In this document: one piece after another, positions 41,901 to 56,900 of the stretch
Position numbering within the stretch: position 1 is the first letter of the stretch
Layout: each line of letters opens with the position of its first letter
NCBI GenBank assembly: GCA_036785375.1
Contig: JAWMAR010000006.1
Location: 11,904,001 to 11,968,000 of the forward strand
DNA: 64,000 nucleotides
Direction of reading: 5' to 3'
From: Leucoraja ocellata
Lineage: Eukaryota
Program-made: the position numbers and the translations under genes
The notes under the pieces: generated by a model
Database searches by the model: none
What the model was told of the DNA's origin: nothing
What the model saw: only the letters and a program-made list of their open reading frames with translations

Positions 41901-44900
41901 AAAAATAGGTTGAAGTTTAAATGTTCAAATTTAGGCAACCTTTAAAAACCCACCAACCACAACAACAACTGGGCATGCACCTAGAAAACTCCTCCCACTT
42001 GCCCTCCATCTACATTCCTTTTTCTGGCTTCAAATTTGCAACTCTTCAATCCTTTCCCTCACACTTTATGTTTTTTTGTCTCTGGCCTTTGTCCAACCTT
42101 CTGCGTATCTAAACTACACCTCACCTGTGTCCACCTATTAATGACGTGCTTTGTACTGCCTCCCTTCTCTTACAGCTTCCTTTTCCCACCACCCCACAAT
42201 CTGTCGGAAAAAGGATCTTGAGCTGAAATGCCACCCATTCACGTTCTCTAGTGATGCTACCTGACCCGCTGAGTTACTCTAGCACTTTGTTTCTTCTAAA
42301 AAAGCATGCAACCTTTTAATCGGGTATTTTTTCCCTCTCCTTGAATATTTATCAAGAAGAAAATCCTTTTGTGAGTGGGTCATACCAGTGAGGCAGTGTG
42401 TTTGTGCAAAGGCAGGCTCCGCAGAGCAAGACTGTGAATGAATTTAAGGTTTGCTTTCTCAGATCCTATAGGATATCATGCCTGGTTGTCCCCGATCTAA
42501 ATATGTAAATACCATAGAACTTGTCTATAAATCAATAGTTACTGTAGATTGGACAAATACAATATGAAGAAAAACACCAAGGAATATTTTGATAAGTACC
42601 GTCTACATAGAGGCTGTTGCTTTGCAGTTCGTATGGCCCCAGTGAGGAAATGTCTTTGGTCATCTCGCTAAATTCGTCATAAACATCTTCTCGGTTGATG
42701 GGTTCCATGGTGGACACATTTTGAAATAAACATTCAGCTGTCACTCTGGTGCTGTTAACCATTTCCTCTCTGCGATAAAGCAAAATACATTTGTGATAAG
42801 TGTAAAATAATTGAGTGCAAAGTTGTTTGCAATGCCAGCAAGAGCACAGCTGAAATGTTGCCGTGGCTCATTACTGGTGATAAAGCAATGGTCAGAGAAA
42901 TCCGACTCTCAATTTGTCCTTCTCCAGCCCATCTATAGTCCGAGGGAGACCATATTTAAGTTGGAGGAAAATCATCTCATTATCTGATGTGTGGATTTGG
43001 AGCTTAACAACATGAATCATTATACGTGTCAACCTACAAACTAACTGTATGAACAATGAGTTGTTCAATTTTACTTGTCAACCTACAAATGCCCCTCTAC
43101 CCCATAAAATTTTCCCCACTCTTCCCTGTGCTACACTTGAATGTGCACACATTTACCCCTGTTCCCTTCACTCCTTTCCTACCCCATTCTCCACTTCCAC
43201 TATGCCTCCTCAACTTTGCTAATTAATTTGTCTTTTATGCCTAACGCCCTATATTAAACATAGAAACATAGAAAATAGGTGCAGGAGTAGGCCATTCGGC
43301 CCATCGAGCCTGCACCGCCATTCAATATGATCATGGCTGATCATCCAGTCAGTATCCTGTTCCTGCCTTCTCTCCATGCCCCCTGATCCCTTTAGCCACA
43401 AGGGCGACATCTAACTCCATCTTAAATATAGCCAATGAACTGGCCTCAACTACCTTCTGCGGCAGAGAATTCCAGAGATTTACCACTCTCTGTGTGAATA
43501 TTGAACCTTTTGTCTTCTCATCTTAGGATTTTCTGTAACCATTTGCCAATCAACTGCTCCCTCCCCATCACTTGTATCCCCGTATCACATGCCACACTTT
43601 GTCATCCCCTCACCACCTCTCTTGCAGCTTTCTCACCTCTACTGCAATCAGTCTGAAGTAGGGCCCGACCCAAAACTCTGCCAACCCATGTTCTCCAGAT
43701 TTGCCGACTCACCCACTGAGATACTCCAGCACATCGTGTCTTTTTCTGTTAGAATTTATATTGACTTTGCACTGATATTTGTAGGAAATGTGTTTATGAG
43801 ATTATCATCTTTACCATTTGGAATCACTGTGCATTAACAATTTGGAGACAAAGGAATGCAATTTTCATGATTTAATTAGACATTTTTTTGTGAGTTACCT
43901 GAATGATTTCACGTCACATTTTAAGAATGTTGCATTGACACTGCTGTTCTCAAACAGGTCTGTGAGCTGGGGGCAAGAAAAATGGTGTTAGAATTAGACA
44001 TAAAAAGGGGGTGAATAAGTAGTATATCAGCAGAAAACTAATTGGTAAACTCTCTCACCTCATTTGCAATCATGGTTGCTGTTTCTGAAGGGTTTGCTTG
44101 AATTTCTTCAATAGACAGATTGTCAACAATGAAAGTCACGTTGTATTTAATGGGATTTGTTACCTCGGTTGGAACTGGAAGTGTGGAAATAGAGTAAGCA
44201 ATTTAGCATGTTGTGAGTACCACGATTTTCAAATAGTTTAAAAACTGTTTCCCAGTACTGGATTTCTACAGAGTTTAAGCAACAGATGGAGAAAAACAAA
44301 TGTAGCGTAAGACAATTATTTCATGCATTTGATACAAACTCACCATTGACATTGTGCTGTACATTGAAATCTGAAAACAAACAGAGAAATAAAGGTTGAA
44401 ATTTAAATGTTCAAGTTTAGGCAACCTTTAAAAACCCACCAACCACAACAACAACTGGGCATGCACCTAGTAAACTCCTCCCACTTGCCCTCCATCTACA
44501 TTCCTTTTTCTGGCTTCAAATTTGCAACTCTTCAATCCTTTCCCCCAGACTTTATGTTTTTTTGTCTCTGGCCTTTGTCCAACCTTCTGCGTATCTAAAC
44601 TCCACCTCACCTGTGTCCACCTATTAATGACGTGCTTTGTACTGCCTCCCTTCTCTTACAGCTTTCTTCTCCCCCCACCACCCCACAATCTGTCTGAAGA
44701 AGGATTTTGAGCTGAAATGTCACCCATTCACGTTCTCCAGTGATGCTACCTGACCCGCTGAGTTACTCTAGCACTTTGTTTCTTCTAAAAAAGCATGCAA
44801 CTTTTTAATCGGGTATTTTTTGCCTCTCCTTGAACATTTATCATGAGGAAAACCCTTTTTTGAGTGGGTCATACCAGTGAGGCAGTTTGTTTGTGCAAAA

Positions 44901-47900
44901 GCAGGCTCCGAAGAGCAAGATGTGAATGAATTTAAAGTTTGCTTTCTCAGATCCTATAGGATATCATGCCTGGTTGTCCCTGATCTAAATATGTAAATAC
45001 CAAAGAACTTGTCTATAAATCAATAGTTACCGTAGATTGGACAAATACAATATGAAGAAAAACACCAAAGAATATTTTGATAAGTACCGTCTACATAGAG
45101 GCTGTTGCTTTGCAGTTCGTATGGCCCCAGCGAGGAAATGTCTTTGGTCATCTCGCTAAATTCATCATAAACATCTTCTCGGTTGATGGGTTCCATGGTG
45201 GACACATTTTGAAATAAACATTCAGCTGTCACTCTGGTGCTGTTAACCATTTCCTCTCTGCGATAAAGCAAAAGACATTTGTGATAAATGGTGGCAAAAA
45301 CGGGAAAGCAGACTATTATCTAAATGGTGGCCGATTGGGAAAGGGGGAGATGCAGCGAGACCTGGGTGTCATGGTACACCAGTCATTGAAGGTAGGCATG
45401 CAGGTGCAGCAGGCAGTAAAGAAAGCGAATGGTATGTTAGCTTTCATTGCAAAAGGATTTGAGTATAGGAGCAGGGAGGTTCTACTGCAGTTGTACAGGG
45501 TCTTGGTGAGACCACACCTGGAGTATTGCGTACAGTTTTGGTCTCCAAATCTGAGGAAGGACATTATTGCCATAGAGGGAGTGCAGAGACGGTTCACCAG
45601 ACTGATTCCTGGGATGTCAGGACTGTCTTATGAAGAAAGACTGGATAGACTTGGTTTATACTCTCTAGAATTTAGGAGATTGAGAGGGGATCTTATAGAA
45701 ACTTACAAAATTCTTAAGGGGTTGGACAGGCTAGATGCAGGAAGATTGTTCCCGATGTTAGGGAAGTCCAGGACGAGGGGTCACAGCTTAAGGATAAGGG
45801 GGAAATCCTTTAAAACCGAGATGAGAAGAACTTTTTTCACACAGAGAGTGGTGAATCTCTGGAACTCTCTGCCACAGAGGGTAGTTGAGGCCAGTTCATT
45901 GGCTATATTTAAGAGGGAGTTAGATGTGGCCCTTGTGGCTAAGGGAATCAGGGGGTATGGAGAGAAGGCAGGTACGGGATACTGAGTTGGATGATCAGCC
46001 ATGATCATATTGAATGGCGGTGCAGGCTCGAAGGGCCGAATGGCCTACTCTTGCACCTAATTTCTATGTTTCTATGTTTCTAAGTGTAAAAGAATTTAGT
46101 GCAAAGTTGTTTGCAATGCCAGCAAGAGCACAGCTGAAATGTTGCTGTGGCTCATTACTGGTGTCTAAGCAATGGTCAGAGAAATCTGACTCAATTTGTC
46201 CGTCTACAGCCCATCTATAGCAAGAGGGAAACCATATTTAAGTTGGAGGAAAATCATCTCATTATCTGATGTGTGGATTTGGAGCTTAACAACATGAATC
46301 ATTTTACGTGACAACTTACAAACTAACTGTATGAACAATGAGTTGTTCAATTTTACGTGTCAACCTACAAATGCCCTTCTATCCCACAATTTCTCCCCAC
46401 TCTTCCCTGTGCTACATTTGAATATGCACCCATTTTCCCCTTTTCCCTTCACCCCTTCCCTACCCCCATTCTCCTCTTCCACTATGCTTCCTCAACTTTC
46501 ATGATTAATTTGACTTCTATGCCTAACTTCCTATGTTGAACCTTTTGTCTTCTCATCTCAGGATTTTTTGTAACCATTTGCCAATCAACTGCTCCCTCCC
46601 CATCACTTGTATCCCCGTATCACTTGCCACACTTTGTCATCCCCTACCCACCTCTCTTGCAGCTTTCTCACCCCTACTGCAATCAGTCTGAAGTAGGGCC
46701 CGACCCAAAACTCTGCCAACCCATGTTCTCCAGATTTGCCGACTGACCCGCTGAGATAATCCAGCACATCGTGTCTTTTTCTGTTAGAATTGATATTGAC
46801 TTTGCACTGATATTTGTAGGAAATGTGTTTATGAGAATATCATCTTTACCATTTGGAATCACTGTGCATTAACAATTTGGAGACAAAGGAATGCAATTTT
46901 CATGATTTAATTGGACATTTTTTTGTGAGTTACCTGAATGATTTCACGTCACATTTTAAGAATGTTGCATTGACACTGCTGTTCTCAAACAGGTCTGTGA
47001 GCTGGGGACAAGAAAAATGGTGTTAGAATTAGACATAAAAAGGAGATGAATAAGTAGTATATCAGCAGAAAACTAATTGGTAAACTCTCTCACCTCATTT
47101 GCAATCATTTTTGCTGTTTCGGAAGGGTTTGCTTGAATTTCTTCAATAGACAGATTGTCAACAATGAAAGTCACGTTGTATATAATGGGATTTGTTACCT
47201 CGGTTGGAACTGGAAGTGTGGAAATAGAGTAAGTAATTTAGCTTGTTGTGAGTACCACGATTTTCAAATGATTTAAAAACTGTTTCCAGGACTGGATTTC
47301 TACAGAGTTTAAGCAACAGATGGAGAAGAACAAATGTAGTGTAAGCCAATTATTTCATGCATTTGATACAAACTCACCATTGACATTGTGCTGTACATTG
47401 AAATCTGAAAACAAACAGAGAAATATAGGTTGAAGTTTAAATGTTCAAGTTTAGGCAACCTTTAAAAACCCACCAACCACAACAACAACTGGGCATGCAC
47501 CTAGTAAACTCCTCCCACTTGCCCTCCATCTACATTCCTTTTTCTGGCTTCAAATTTGCAACTCTTCAATCCTTTACCCTCACACTTTATGTTTTTTCGT
47601 CTCTGGCCTTTGCCCAACCTTCTGCGTATCTAAACTCCACCTCACCTGTGTCCACCTATTAATGACGTGCTTTGTACTGCCTCCCTTCTCTTACAGCTTT
47701 CTTCTCCCCCCACCACCCCACAATCTGTCGGAAAAAGGACCTTGAGCTGAAATGTCACCCATTCACGTTCTCCAGTGATGCTACCTGACCCACTGAGTTA
47801 CTCTAGCACTTTGTTTCTTCTAAAAAAGCATGCAACCTTTTAATCGGGTATTTTTTTCCCTCTCCTTGAATATTTATCAAGAAGAAAATCCTTTTGTGAG

Positions 47901-50900
47901 TGGGTCATACCAGTGAGGCAGTGTGTTTGTGCAAAGGCAGGCTCCGAAGAGCAAGACTGTGAATGAATTTAAGGTTTGCTTTCTCAGATCCTATAGGATA
48001 TCATGCCTGGTTGTCCCCGATCTAAATATGTAAATACCAAAGAACTTGTCTATAAATCAATAGTTACTGTAGATTGGACAAATACAATATGAAGAAAAAC
48101 ACCAAGGAATATTTTGATAAGTACCGTCTACATAGAGGCTGTTGCTTTGCAGTTCGTATGGCCCCAGTGAGGAAATGTCTTTGGTCATCTCGCTAAATTC
48201 GTCATAAACATCTTCTCGGTTGATGGGTTCCATGGTGGACACATTTTGAAATAAACATTCAGCTGTCACTCTGGTGCTGTTAACCATTTCCTCTCTGCGA
48301 TAAAGCAAAAGACATTTGTGATAAGTGTAAAATAATTGAGTGCAAAGTTGTTTGCAATGCCAGCAAGAGCACAGCTGAAATGTTGCCATGGCTCATTACT
48401 GGTGTCTAAGCAATGGTCAGAGAAATCCGACTCTCAATTTGTCCATCTCCAGCCCATCTATAGTCCGAGGGAGACCATATTTAAGTTGGAGGAAAATCAT
48501 CTCATTATCTAATGTGTGGATTTGGAGCTTAACAATATGAATCATTTTACGTGACAACCTACAAACTTACTGTATGAACAATGAGTTGTTCAATTTTACC
48601 TGTCAACCTACAAATGCCCTTCTATCCCACAAATTTTTCCCCACTCTTCCCTATGCTACACTTGAATGTGCACACATTTTCCCCTTTTCCCTTCACTCCT
48701 TCCCTACCCCATTCTCCACTTCCACGATGCCTCCTCAACTTTGATAATTAAGTTGTCTTTTATGCCTAACTCCCTATATTAAACATAGAAACATAGAAAA
48801 TAGGTGCAGGAGTAGGCCATTCGGCCCTTCGAGCCTGCACCGCCATTCAATATGATCATGGCTAATCATCCAACTCAGTATCCTGTTCCTGCCTTCTCTC
48901 CATGCCCCCTGATCCCTTTAGCCACAAGGGCGTCATCTAATCCATCTTAAATATAGCCAATGAACTGGCCTCAACTACCTTCTGCGGCAGAGAATTCCAG
49001 AGATTCACCACTCTCTGTGTGAATATTGAACCTTTTGTCTTCTCATCTTAGGATTTTCTGTAACCATTTGCCAATCAACTGCTCCCTCCCCATCACTTGT
49101 ATCCCCGTATCACTTGCCACACTTTGTCATCCCCTTCCCACCTCTCTTGCAGCTTTCTCACCCCTACTGCAATCAGTCTGAAGTAGGGCCCGACCCAAAA
49201 CTCTGCCAACCCATGTTCTCCAGATTTTCCGACTGACCCACTGAGATACTCCAGCACATCGTGTCTTTTTCTGTTAGAATTTATTTTGACTTTGCACTGA
49301 TATTTGTAGGAAATGTGTTTATGAGAATATCATCTTTACCATTTGGAATCACTGTGCATTAACAATTTGGAGACAAAGGAATGCAATTTTCATGATTTAA
49401 TTGGAAATTTTTTTGTGAGTTACCTGAATGATTTCACGTCACATTTTAAGAATGTTGCATTGACACTGCTGTTCTCAAACAGGTCTGTGAGCTGGGGGCA
49501 AGAAAAATGGTGTTAGAATTAGACTTAAAAAGGGGATGAATAAGTAGTATATCAGCAGACAACAAATTGGTAAACTCTCTCACCTCATTTGCAATCATGG
49601 TTGCTGTTTCTGAAGGGTTTGCTTGAATTTCTTCAATAGACAGATTGTCAACAATGAAAGTCACGTTGTATTTAATGGGATTTGTTACCTCGGTTGGAAC
49701 TGGAAGTGTGGAAATAGAGTAAGCAATTTAGCATGTTGTGAGTACCACGATTTTCAAATAGTTTAAAAACTGTTTCCCAGTACTGGATTTCTACAGAGTT
49801 TAAGCAACAGATGGAGAAGAACAAATGTAGCTTAAGACAATTATTTCATGCATTTGATACAAACTCACCATTGACATTGTGCTGTACATTGAAATCTGAA
49901 AACAGAGAAATAAAGGTTGAAATTTAAATGTTCAAGTTTAGGCAACCTTTAAAAACCCACCAACCACAACAACAACTGGGCATGCACCTAGTAAACTCCT
50001 CCCACTTGCCCTCCATCTACATTCCTTTTTCTGGCTTCAAATTTGCAACTCTTCAATCCTTTTCCCCCAGACTTTATGTTTTTTTCGTCTCTGGCCTTTG
50101 TCCAACCTTCTGCGTATCTAAACTCCACCTCACCTGTGTCCACCTATTAATGACGTGCTTTGTACTGCCTCCCTTCTCTTACAGCTTTCTTCTCACCCCA
50201 CCACCCCACAATCAGTCGGAAGAAGGATCTTGAGCTGAAATGTCACCCGTTCACGTTCTCCAGTGATGCTGCCTGACCCGCTGAGTTACTCTAGCACTTT
50301 GTTTCTTCTAAAGAATCATGCAACTTTTTAATCGGGTATTTTTTCCCTCTCCTTGAACATTTATCAGGAAGAAAATCCTTTTGTGAGTGGGTCATACCAG
50401 TGAGGCAGTTTGTTTGTGCAAAAGCAGGCTCCGAAAAGCAAGACTGTGAATGATTTTAAGGTTTGCTTTCTCAGATCCTATAGGATATCATGCCTGGTTG
50501 TCCCGGATCTAAATATGTAAATACCAAAGAACTTGTCTATAAAACAATAGTTACCGTAGATTGGACAAATACAATATGAAGAAAAACACCAAGGAATATT
50601 TTGATAAGTACCGTCTACATAGAGGCTGTTGCTTTGCAGTTCGTATGGCCCCAGTGAGGAAATGTCTTTGGTCATCTCGCTAAATTCATCATAAACATCT
50701 TCTCGGTTGATGGGTTCCATGGTGGACACATTTTGAAATAAACATTCAGCTGTCACTATGGTGCTGTTAACCATTTCCTCTCTGCGACAAAGCAAAAGAC
50801 ATTTGTGATAAGTGTAAAATAATTTGGTGCAAAGTTGTTTGCAATGCCAGCAAGAGCACAGCTGAAATGTTGCCATGGCTCATTACTGGTGTCTAAGCAA

Positions 50901-53900
50901 TGGTCAGAGAAATACGACTCTCAATTTGTCCGATTCCAGCCCATCTATAGCCAGAGGGAAACCATATTTAAGTTGGAGGAAAATCATCTCATTATCTGAT
51001 GTGTGGATTTGGAGCTTAACAATATGAATCATTATACGTGACAACCTACAAACTAACTGTATGAACAATGAGTTGTTCAATTTTACGTGTCAACCTACAA
51101 ATGCCCTTCTACCCCACAATTTCCCCCCCCCCCCTCTTCCCTGTGCTACATTTGAATATGCACCCATTTTTCCCTTTTCCCTTCACCCCTTCCCTACCCC
51201 CATTCTCCTCTTCCACTATGCCTCCTCAACTTTCATGATTAATTTGACTTCTATGCCTAACTTCCTATGTTGAACCATTTGTCTTCTCATCTCAGGATTT
51301 TCTGTAACCATTTGCCAATCAACTGCTCCCTCCCCATCACTTGTATCCCCGTATCACTTGCCACACTTTGTCATCCCCTTCCCACCTCTCTTGCAGCTTT
51401 CTCACCCCTACTGCAATCAGTCTGAAGTAGGGCCCGACCCAAAACTCTGCCAACCCATGTTCTCCAGATTTTCCGACTGACCCACTGAGATACTCCAGCA
51501 CATCGTGTCTTTTTCTGTTAGAATTTATTTTGACTTTGCACTGATATTTGTAGGAAATGTGTTTATGAGAATATCATCTTTACCATTTGGAATCACTGTG
51601 CATTAACAATTTGGAGACAAAGGAATGCAATTTTCATGATTTAATTGGAAATTTTTTTGTGAGTTACCTGAATGATTTCACGTCACATTTTAAGAATGTT
51701 GCATTGACACTGCTGTTCTCAAACAGGTCTGTGAGCTGGGGGCAAGAAAAATGGTGTTAGAATTAGACTTAAAAAGGGGATGAATAAGTAGTATATCAGC
51801 AGACAACAAATTGGTAAACTCTCTCACCTCATTTGCAATCATGGTTGCTGTTTCTGAAGGGTTTGCTTGAATTTCTTCAATAGACAGATTGTCAACAATG
51901 AAAGTCACGTTGTATTTAATGGGATTTGTTACCTCGGTTGGAACTGGAAGTGTGGAAATAGAGTAAGCAATTTAGCATGTTGTGAGTACCACGATTTTCA
52001 AATAGTTTAAAAACTGTTTCCCAGTACTGGATTTCTACAGAGTTTAAGCAACAGATGGAGAAGAACAAATGTAGCTTAAGACAATTATTTCATGCATTTG
52101 ATACAAACTCACCATTGACATTGTGCTGTACATTGAAATCTGAAAACAGAGAAATAAAGGTTGAAATTTAAATGTTCAAGTTTAGGCAACCTTTAAAAAC
52201 CCACCAACCACAACAACAACTGGGCATGCACCTAGTAAACTCCTCCCACTTGCCCTCCATCTACATTCCTTTTTCTGGCTTCAAATTTGCAACTCTTCAA
52301 TCCTTTTCCCCCAGACTTTATGTTTTTTTCGTCTCTGGCCTTTGTCCAACCTTCTGCGTATCTAAACTCCACCTCACCTGTGTCCACCTATTAATGACGT
52401 GCTTTGTACTGCCTCCCTTCTCTTACAGCTTTCTTCTCACCCCACCACCCCACAATCAGTCGGAAGAAGGATCTTGAGCTGAAATGTCACCCGTTCACGT
52501 TCTCCAGTGATGCTGCCTGACCCGCTGAGTTACTCTAGCACTTTGTTTCTTCTAAAGAATCATGCAACTTTTTAATCGGGTATTTTTTCCCTCTCCTTGA
52601 ACATTTATCAGGAAGAAAATCCTTTTGTGAGTGGGTCATACCAGTGAGGCAGTTTGTTTGTGCAAAAGCAGGCTCCGAAAAGCAAGACTGTGAATGATTT
52701 TAAGGTTTGCTTTCTCAGATCCTATAGGATATCATGCCTGGTTGTCCCGGATCTAAATATGTAAATACCAAAGAACTTGTCTATAAAACAATAGTTACCG
52801 TAGATTGGACAAATACAATATGAAGAAAAACACCAAGGAATATTTTGATAAGTACCGTCTACATAGAGGCTGTTGCTTTGCAGTTCGTATGGCCCCAGTG
52901 AGGAAATGTCTTTGGTCATCTCACTAAATTCATCATAAACATCTTCTCGGTTGATGGGTTCCATGGTGGACACATTTTGAAATAAACATTCAGCTGTCAC
53001 TATGGTGCTGTTAACCATTTCCTCTCTGCGACAAAGCAAAAGACATTTGTGATAAGTGTAAAATAATTTGGTGCAAAGTTGTTTGCAATGCCAGCAAGAG
53101 CACAGCTGAAATGTTGCCATGGCTCATTACTGGTGTCTAAGCAATGGTCAGAGAAATACGACTCTCAATTTGTCCGATTCCAGCCCATCTATAGCCAGAG
53201 GGAAACCATATTTAAGTTGGAGGAAAATCATCTCATTATCTGATGTGTGGATTTGGAGCTTAACAATATGAATCATTATACGTGACAACCTACAAACTAA
53301 CTGTATGAACAATGAGTTGTTCAATTTTACGTGTCAACCTACAAATGCCCTTCTACCCCACAATTTCCCCCCCCCCCTCTTCCCTGTGCTACATTTGAAT
53401 ATGCACCCATTTTTCCCTTTTCCCTTCACCCCTTCCCTACCCCCATTCTCCTCTTCCACTATGCCTCCTCAACTTTCATGATTAATTTGACTTCTATGCC
53501 TAACTTCCTATGTTGAACCATTTGTCTTCTCATCTCAGGATTTTCTGTAACCATTTGCCAATCAACTGCTCCCTCCCCATCACTTGTATCCCCGTATCAC
53601 TTGCCACACTTTGTCATCCCCTTCCCACCTCTCTTGCAGCTTTCTCACCCCTACTGCAATCAGTCTGAAGTAGGGCCCAACCAAAAACTCTGCCAACCCA
53701 TGTTCTCCAGATTTGCCGACTGACCCGCTGAGATACTCCAGCACATCGTGTCTTTTTCTGTTAGAATTTATATTGACATTTGCACTGATATTTGTAGGAA
53801 ATGTGTTTATGAGAATATCATCTTTACCATTTGGAATCACTGTGCATTAACTATTTGGAGACAAAGGAATGCAATTTTCATGATTTAATTGGACATTTTT

Positions 53901-56900
53901 TTTGTGAGTTACCTGAATGATTTCACGTCACATTTTAAGAATGTTGCATTGACACTGCTGTTCTCAAACAGGTCTGTGAGCTGGGGGCAAGAAAAATTGT
54001 GTTAGAAATAGACATAAAAAGGGGATGAATAAGTAGTATATCAATAGAAAACTAATTGGTAAACTCTCTCACCTCATTTGCAATCATGGTTGCTGTTTCT
54101 GAAGGGTTTGCTTCAATTTCTTCAATAGACAGATTGTCAACAATGAAAGTCACGTTGTATTTAATGGGATTTGTTACCTCGGTTGGAACTGGAAGTGTGG
54201 AAATAGAGTAAGCAATTTAGCATGTTGTGAGTACCACGATTATCAAATAGTTTAAAAACTTTTTCCCAGTACTGGATTTCTACAGAGTTTAAGCAAGAGA
54301 TGGAGAAGAACAAATGTAGCGTAAGACAATTATTTCATGCATTTGATACAAACTCACCATTGACATTGTGCTGTACATTGAAATCTGAAAACAAACAGAG
54401 AAATAAAGGTTGAAATTTAAATGTTCATGTTTGGGCAACCTTTAAAAACCCACCAACCACAACAACAACTGGGCATGCACCTAGTAAACTCCTCCCACTT
54501 GCCCTCCATCTACATTCCTTTTTCTGGCTTCAAATTTGCAACTCATGTTTCCTTTCCCTCACACTTTAGGTTTTTTCGTCTCTGGCCTTTGTCCAACCTT
54601 CTGCGTATCTAAACTCCACCTCACCTGTGCCCACCTATTAATGACGTGCTTTGTACTGCCTCCCTTCTCTTACAGCTTTCTTCTCCCCCCACCACCCCAC
54701 AATCTGCCTGAAGAAGGATTTTGAGCTGAAATGTCACCCATTCACGTTCTCCAGTGATGCTACCTGACCCGCTGAGTTACTCTAGCACTTTGTTTCTTCT
54801 AAAAAGCATGCAACTTTTTAATCGGGTATTTTTTTGCCTCTCCTTGAATATTTATCAGGAGGAAAACCCTTTTTTGAGTGGGTCATACCAGTGAGGCAGT
54901 GTGTTTGTGCAAAGGCAGGCTCCGAAGAGCAAGACTGTGAATAAATTTAAGGTTTGCTTTCTCAGATCCTATAGGATATCATGCCTGGTTGTCCCCGATC
55001 TAAATATGTAAATACCAAAGAACTTGTCTATAAATCAATAGTTACTGTAGATTGGACAATTACAATATGAAGAAAAACACCAAGGAATATTTTGATAAGT
55101 ACCGTCTACATAGAGGCTGTTGCTTTGCAGTTCGTATGGCCCCAGTGAGGAAATGTCTTTGGTCATCTCGCTAAATTCATCATAAACATCTTCTCGGTTG
55201 ATGGGTTCCATGGTGGACACATTTTGAAATAAACATTCAGCTGTCACTCTGGTGCTGTTAACCATTTCCTCTCTGCGATAAAGCAAAAGACATTTGTGAT
55301 AAGTGTAAAATAATTTAGTGCAAAGTTGTTTGCAATGCCAGCAAGAGCGCAGCTGAAATGTTGCCGTGGCTCATTACTGGTGATAAAGCAATGGTCAGAG
55401 AAATCTGACTCAATTTGTCCGTCTCTAGCCCATCTATAGCCAGAGGGAGACCATATTTAAGTTGGAGGAAAATCACCTCATTATCTAATGTGTGGATTTC
55501 GAGCTTAACAACATGAATCATTTTACGTGACGACCTAAAAACTAACTGTATGAACAATGAGTTGTTCAATTTTACGTGTCAACCTACAAATGCCCTTCTA
55601 CCCCACAATTTCCCCCCCCCACTCTTCCCTGTGCTACACTTGAATATGCACCCATTTTTCCCTTTTCCCTTCACCCCTTCCCTACCCCCATTCTCCTCCT
55701 CCACTATGCTTCCTCAACTTTCATGATTAATTTGACTTCTATGCCTAACTCCCTATATTGAACCTTTTGTCTTCTCATCTCAGGATTTTCTGTAACCATT
55801 TGCCAATCAACTGCTCCCTCCCCATCACTTGTATCCCCGTATCACTTGCCACACTTTGTCATCCCTTTCCCACCTCTCTTGCAGCTTTCTCACCCCTACT
55901 GCAATCAGTCTGAAGTAGGGCCCGACCAAAAACTCTGCCAACCCATGTTCTCCAGATTTGCCGACTGACCCGCTGAGATAATCCAGCACATCGTGTCTTT
56001 CTCTGTTAGAATTTATATTGACTTTGCACTGATATTTGTAGGAAATGTGTTTATGAGATTATCATCTTTACCATTTGGAATCACTGTGCATTAACAATTT
56101 GGAGACAAAGGAATGCAATTTTCATGATTTAATTGAACATTTTTTTGTGAGTTACCTGAATGATTTCACGTCACATTTTAAGAATGTTGCATTGACACTG
56201 CTGTTCTCAAACAGGTCTGTGAGCTGGGGGCAAGAAAAATTGTGTTAGAAATAGACATAAAAAGGGGATGAATAAGTAGTATATCAGCAGAAAACTAATT
56301 GGTAAACTCTCTCACCTCATTTGCAATCATGGTTGCTGTTTCTGAAGGGTTTGCTTGAATTTCTTCAATAGACAGATTGTCAACAATGAAAGTCACGTTG
56401 TATTTAATGGGATTTGTTACCTCGGTTGGAACTGGAAGTGTGGAAATAGAGTAAGCAATTTAGCATGTTGTGAGTACCACGATTATCAAATAGTTTAAAA
56501 ACTTTTTCCCAGTACTGGATTTCTACAGAGTTTAAGCAAGAGATGGAGAAGAACAAATGTAGCGTAAGACAATTATTTCATGCATTTGATACAAACTCAC
56601 CATTGACATTGTGCTGTACATTGAAATCTGAAACCAAACAGAGAAATAAAGGTTGAAATTTAAATGTTCATGTTTAGGCAACCTTTAAAAACCCACCAAC
56701 CACAACAACAACTGGGCATGCACCTAGTAAACTCCTCCCACTTGCCCTCCATCTACATTCCTTTTTCTGGCTTCAAATTTGCAACTCTTCAATCCTTTCC
56801 CCCAGACTTTAGGTTTTTTCGTCTCTGGCCTTTGTCCAACCTTCTACGTATCTAAACTCCACCTCACCTGTGTCCACCTATTAATGACGTGCTTTGTACT

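Noticed and set aside
45281-45985. 234-aa ORF as a host gene or an RT-based diversification system linked to the repeats
   Set aside because: It is the 5'-truncated C-terminus of CR1 ORF2, lacks the RT catalytic core, has a LINE tail and is present in one module only.
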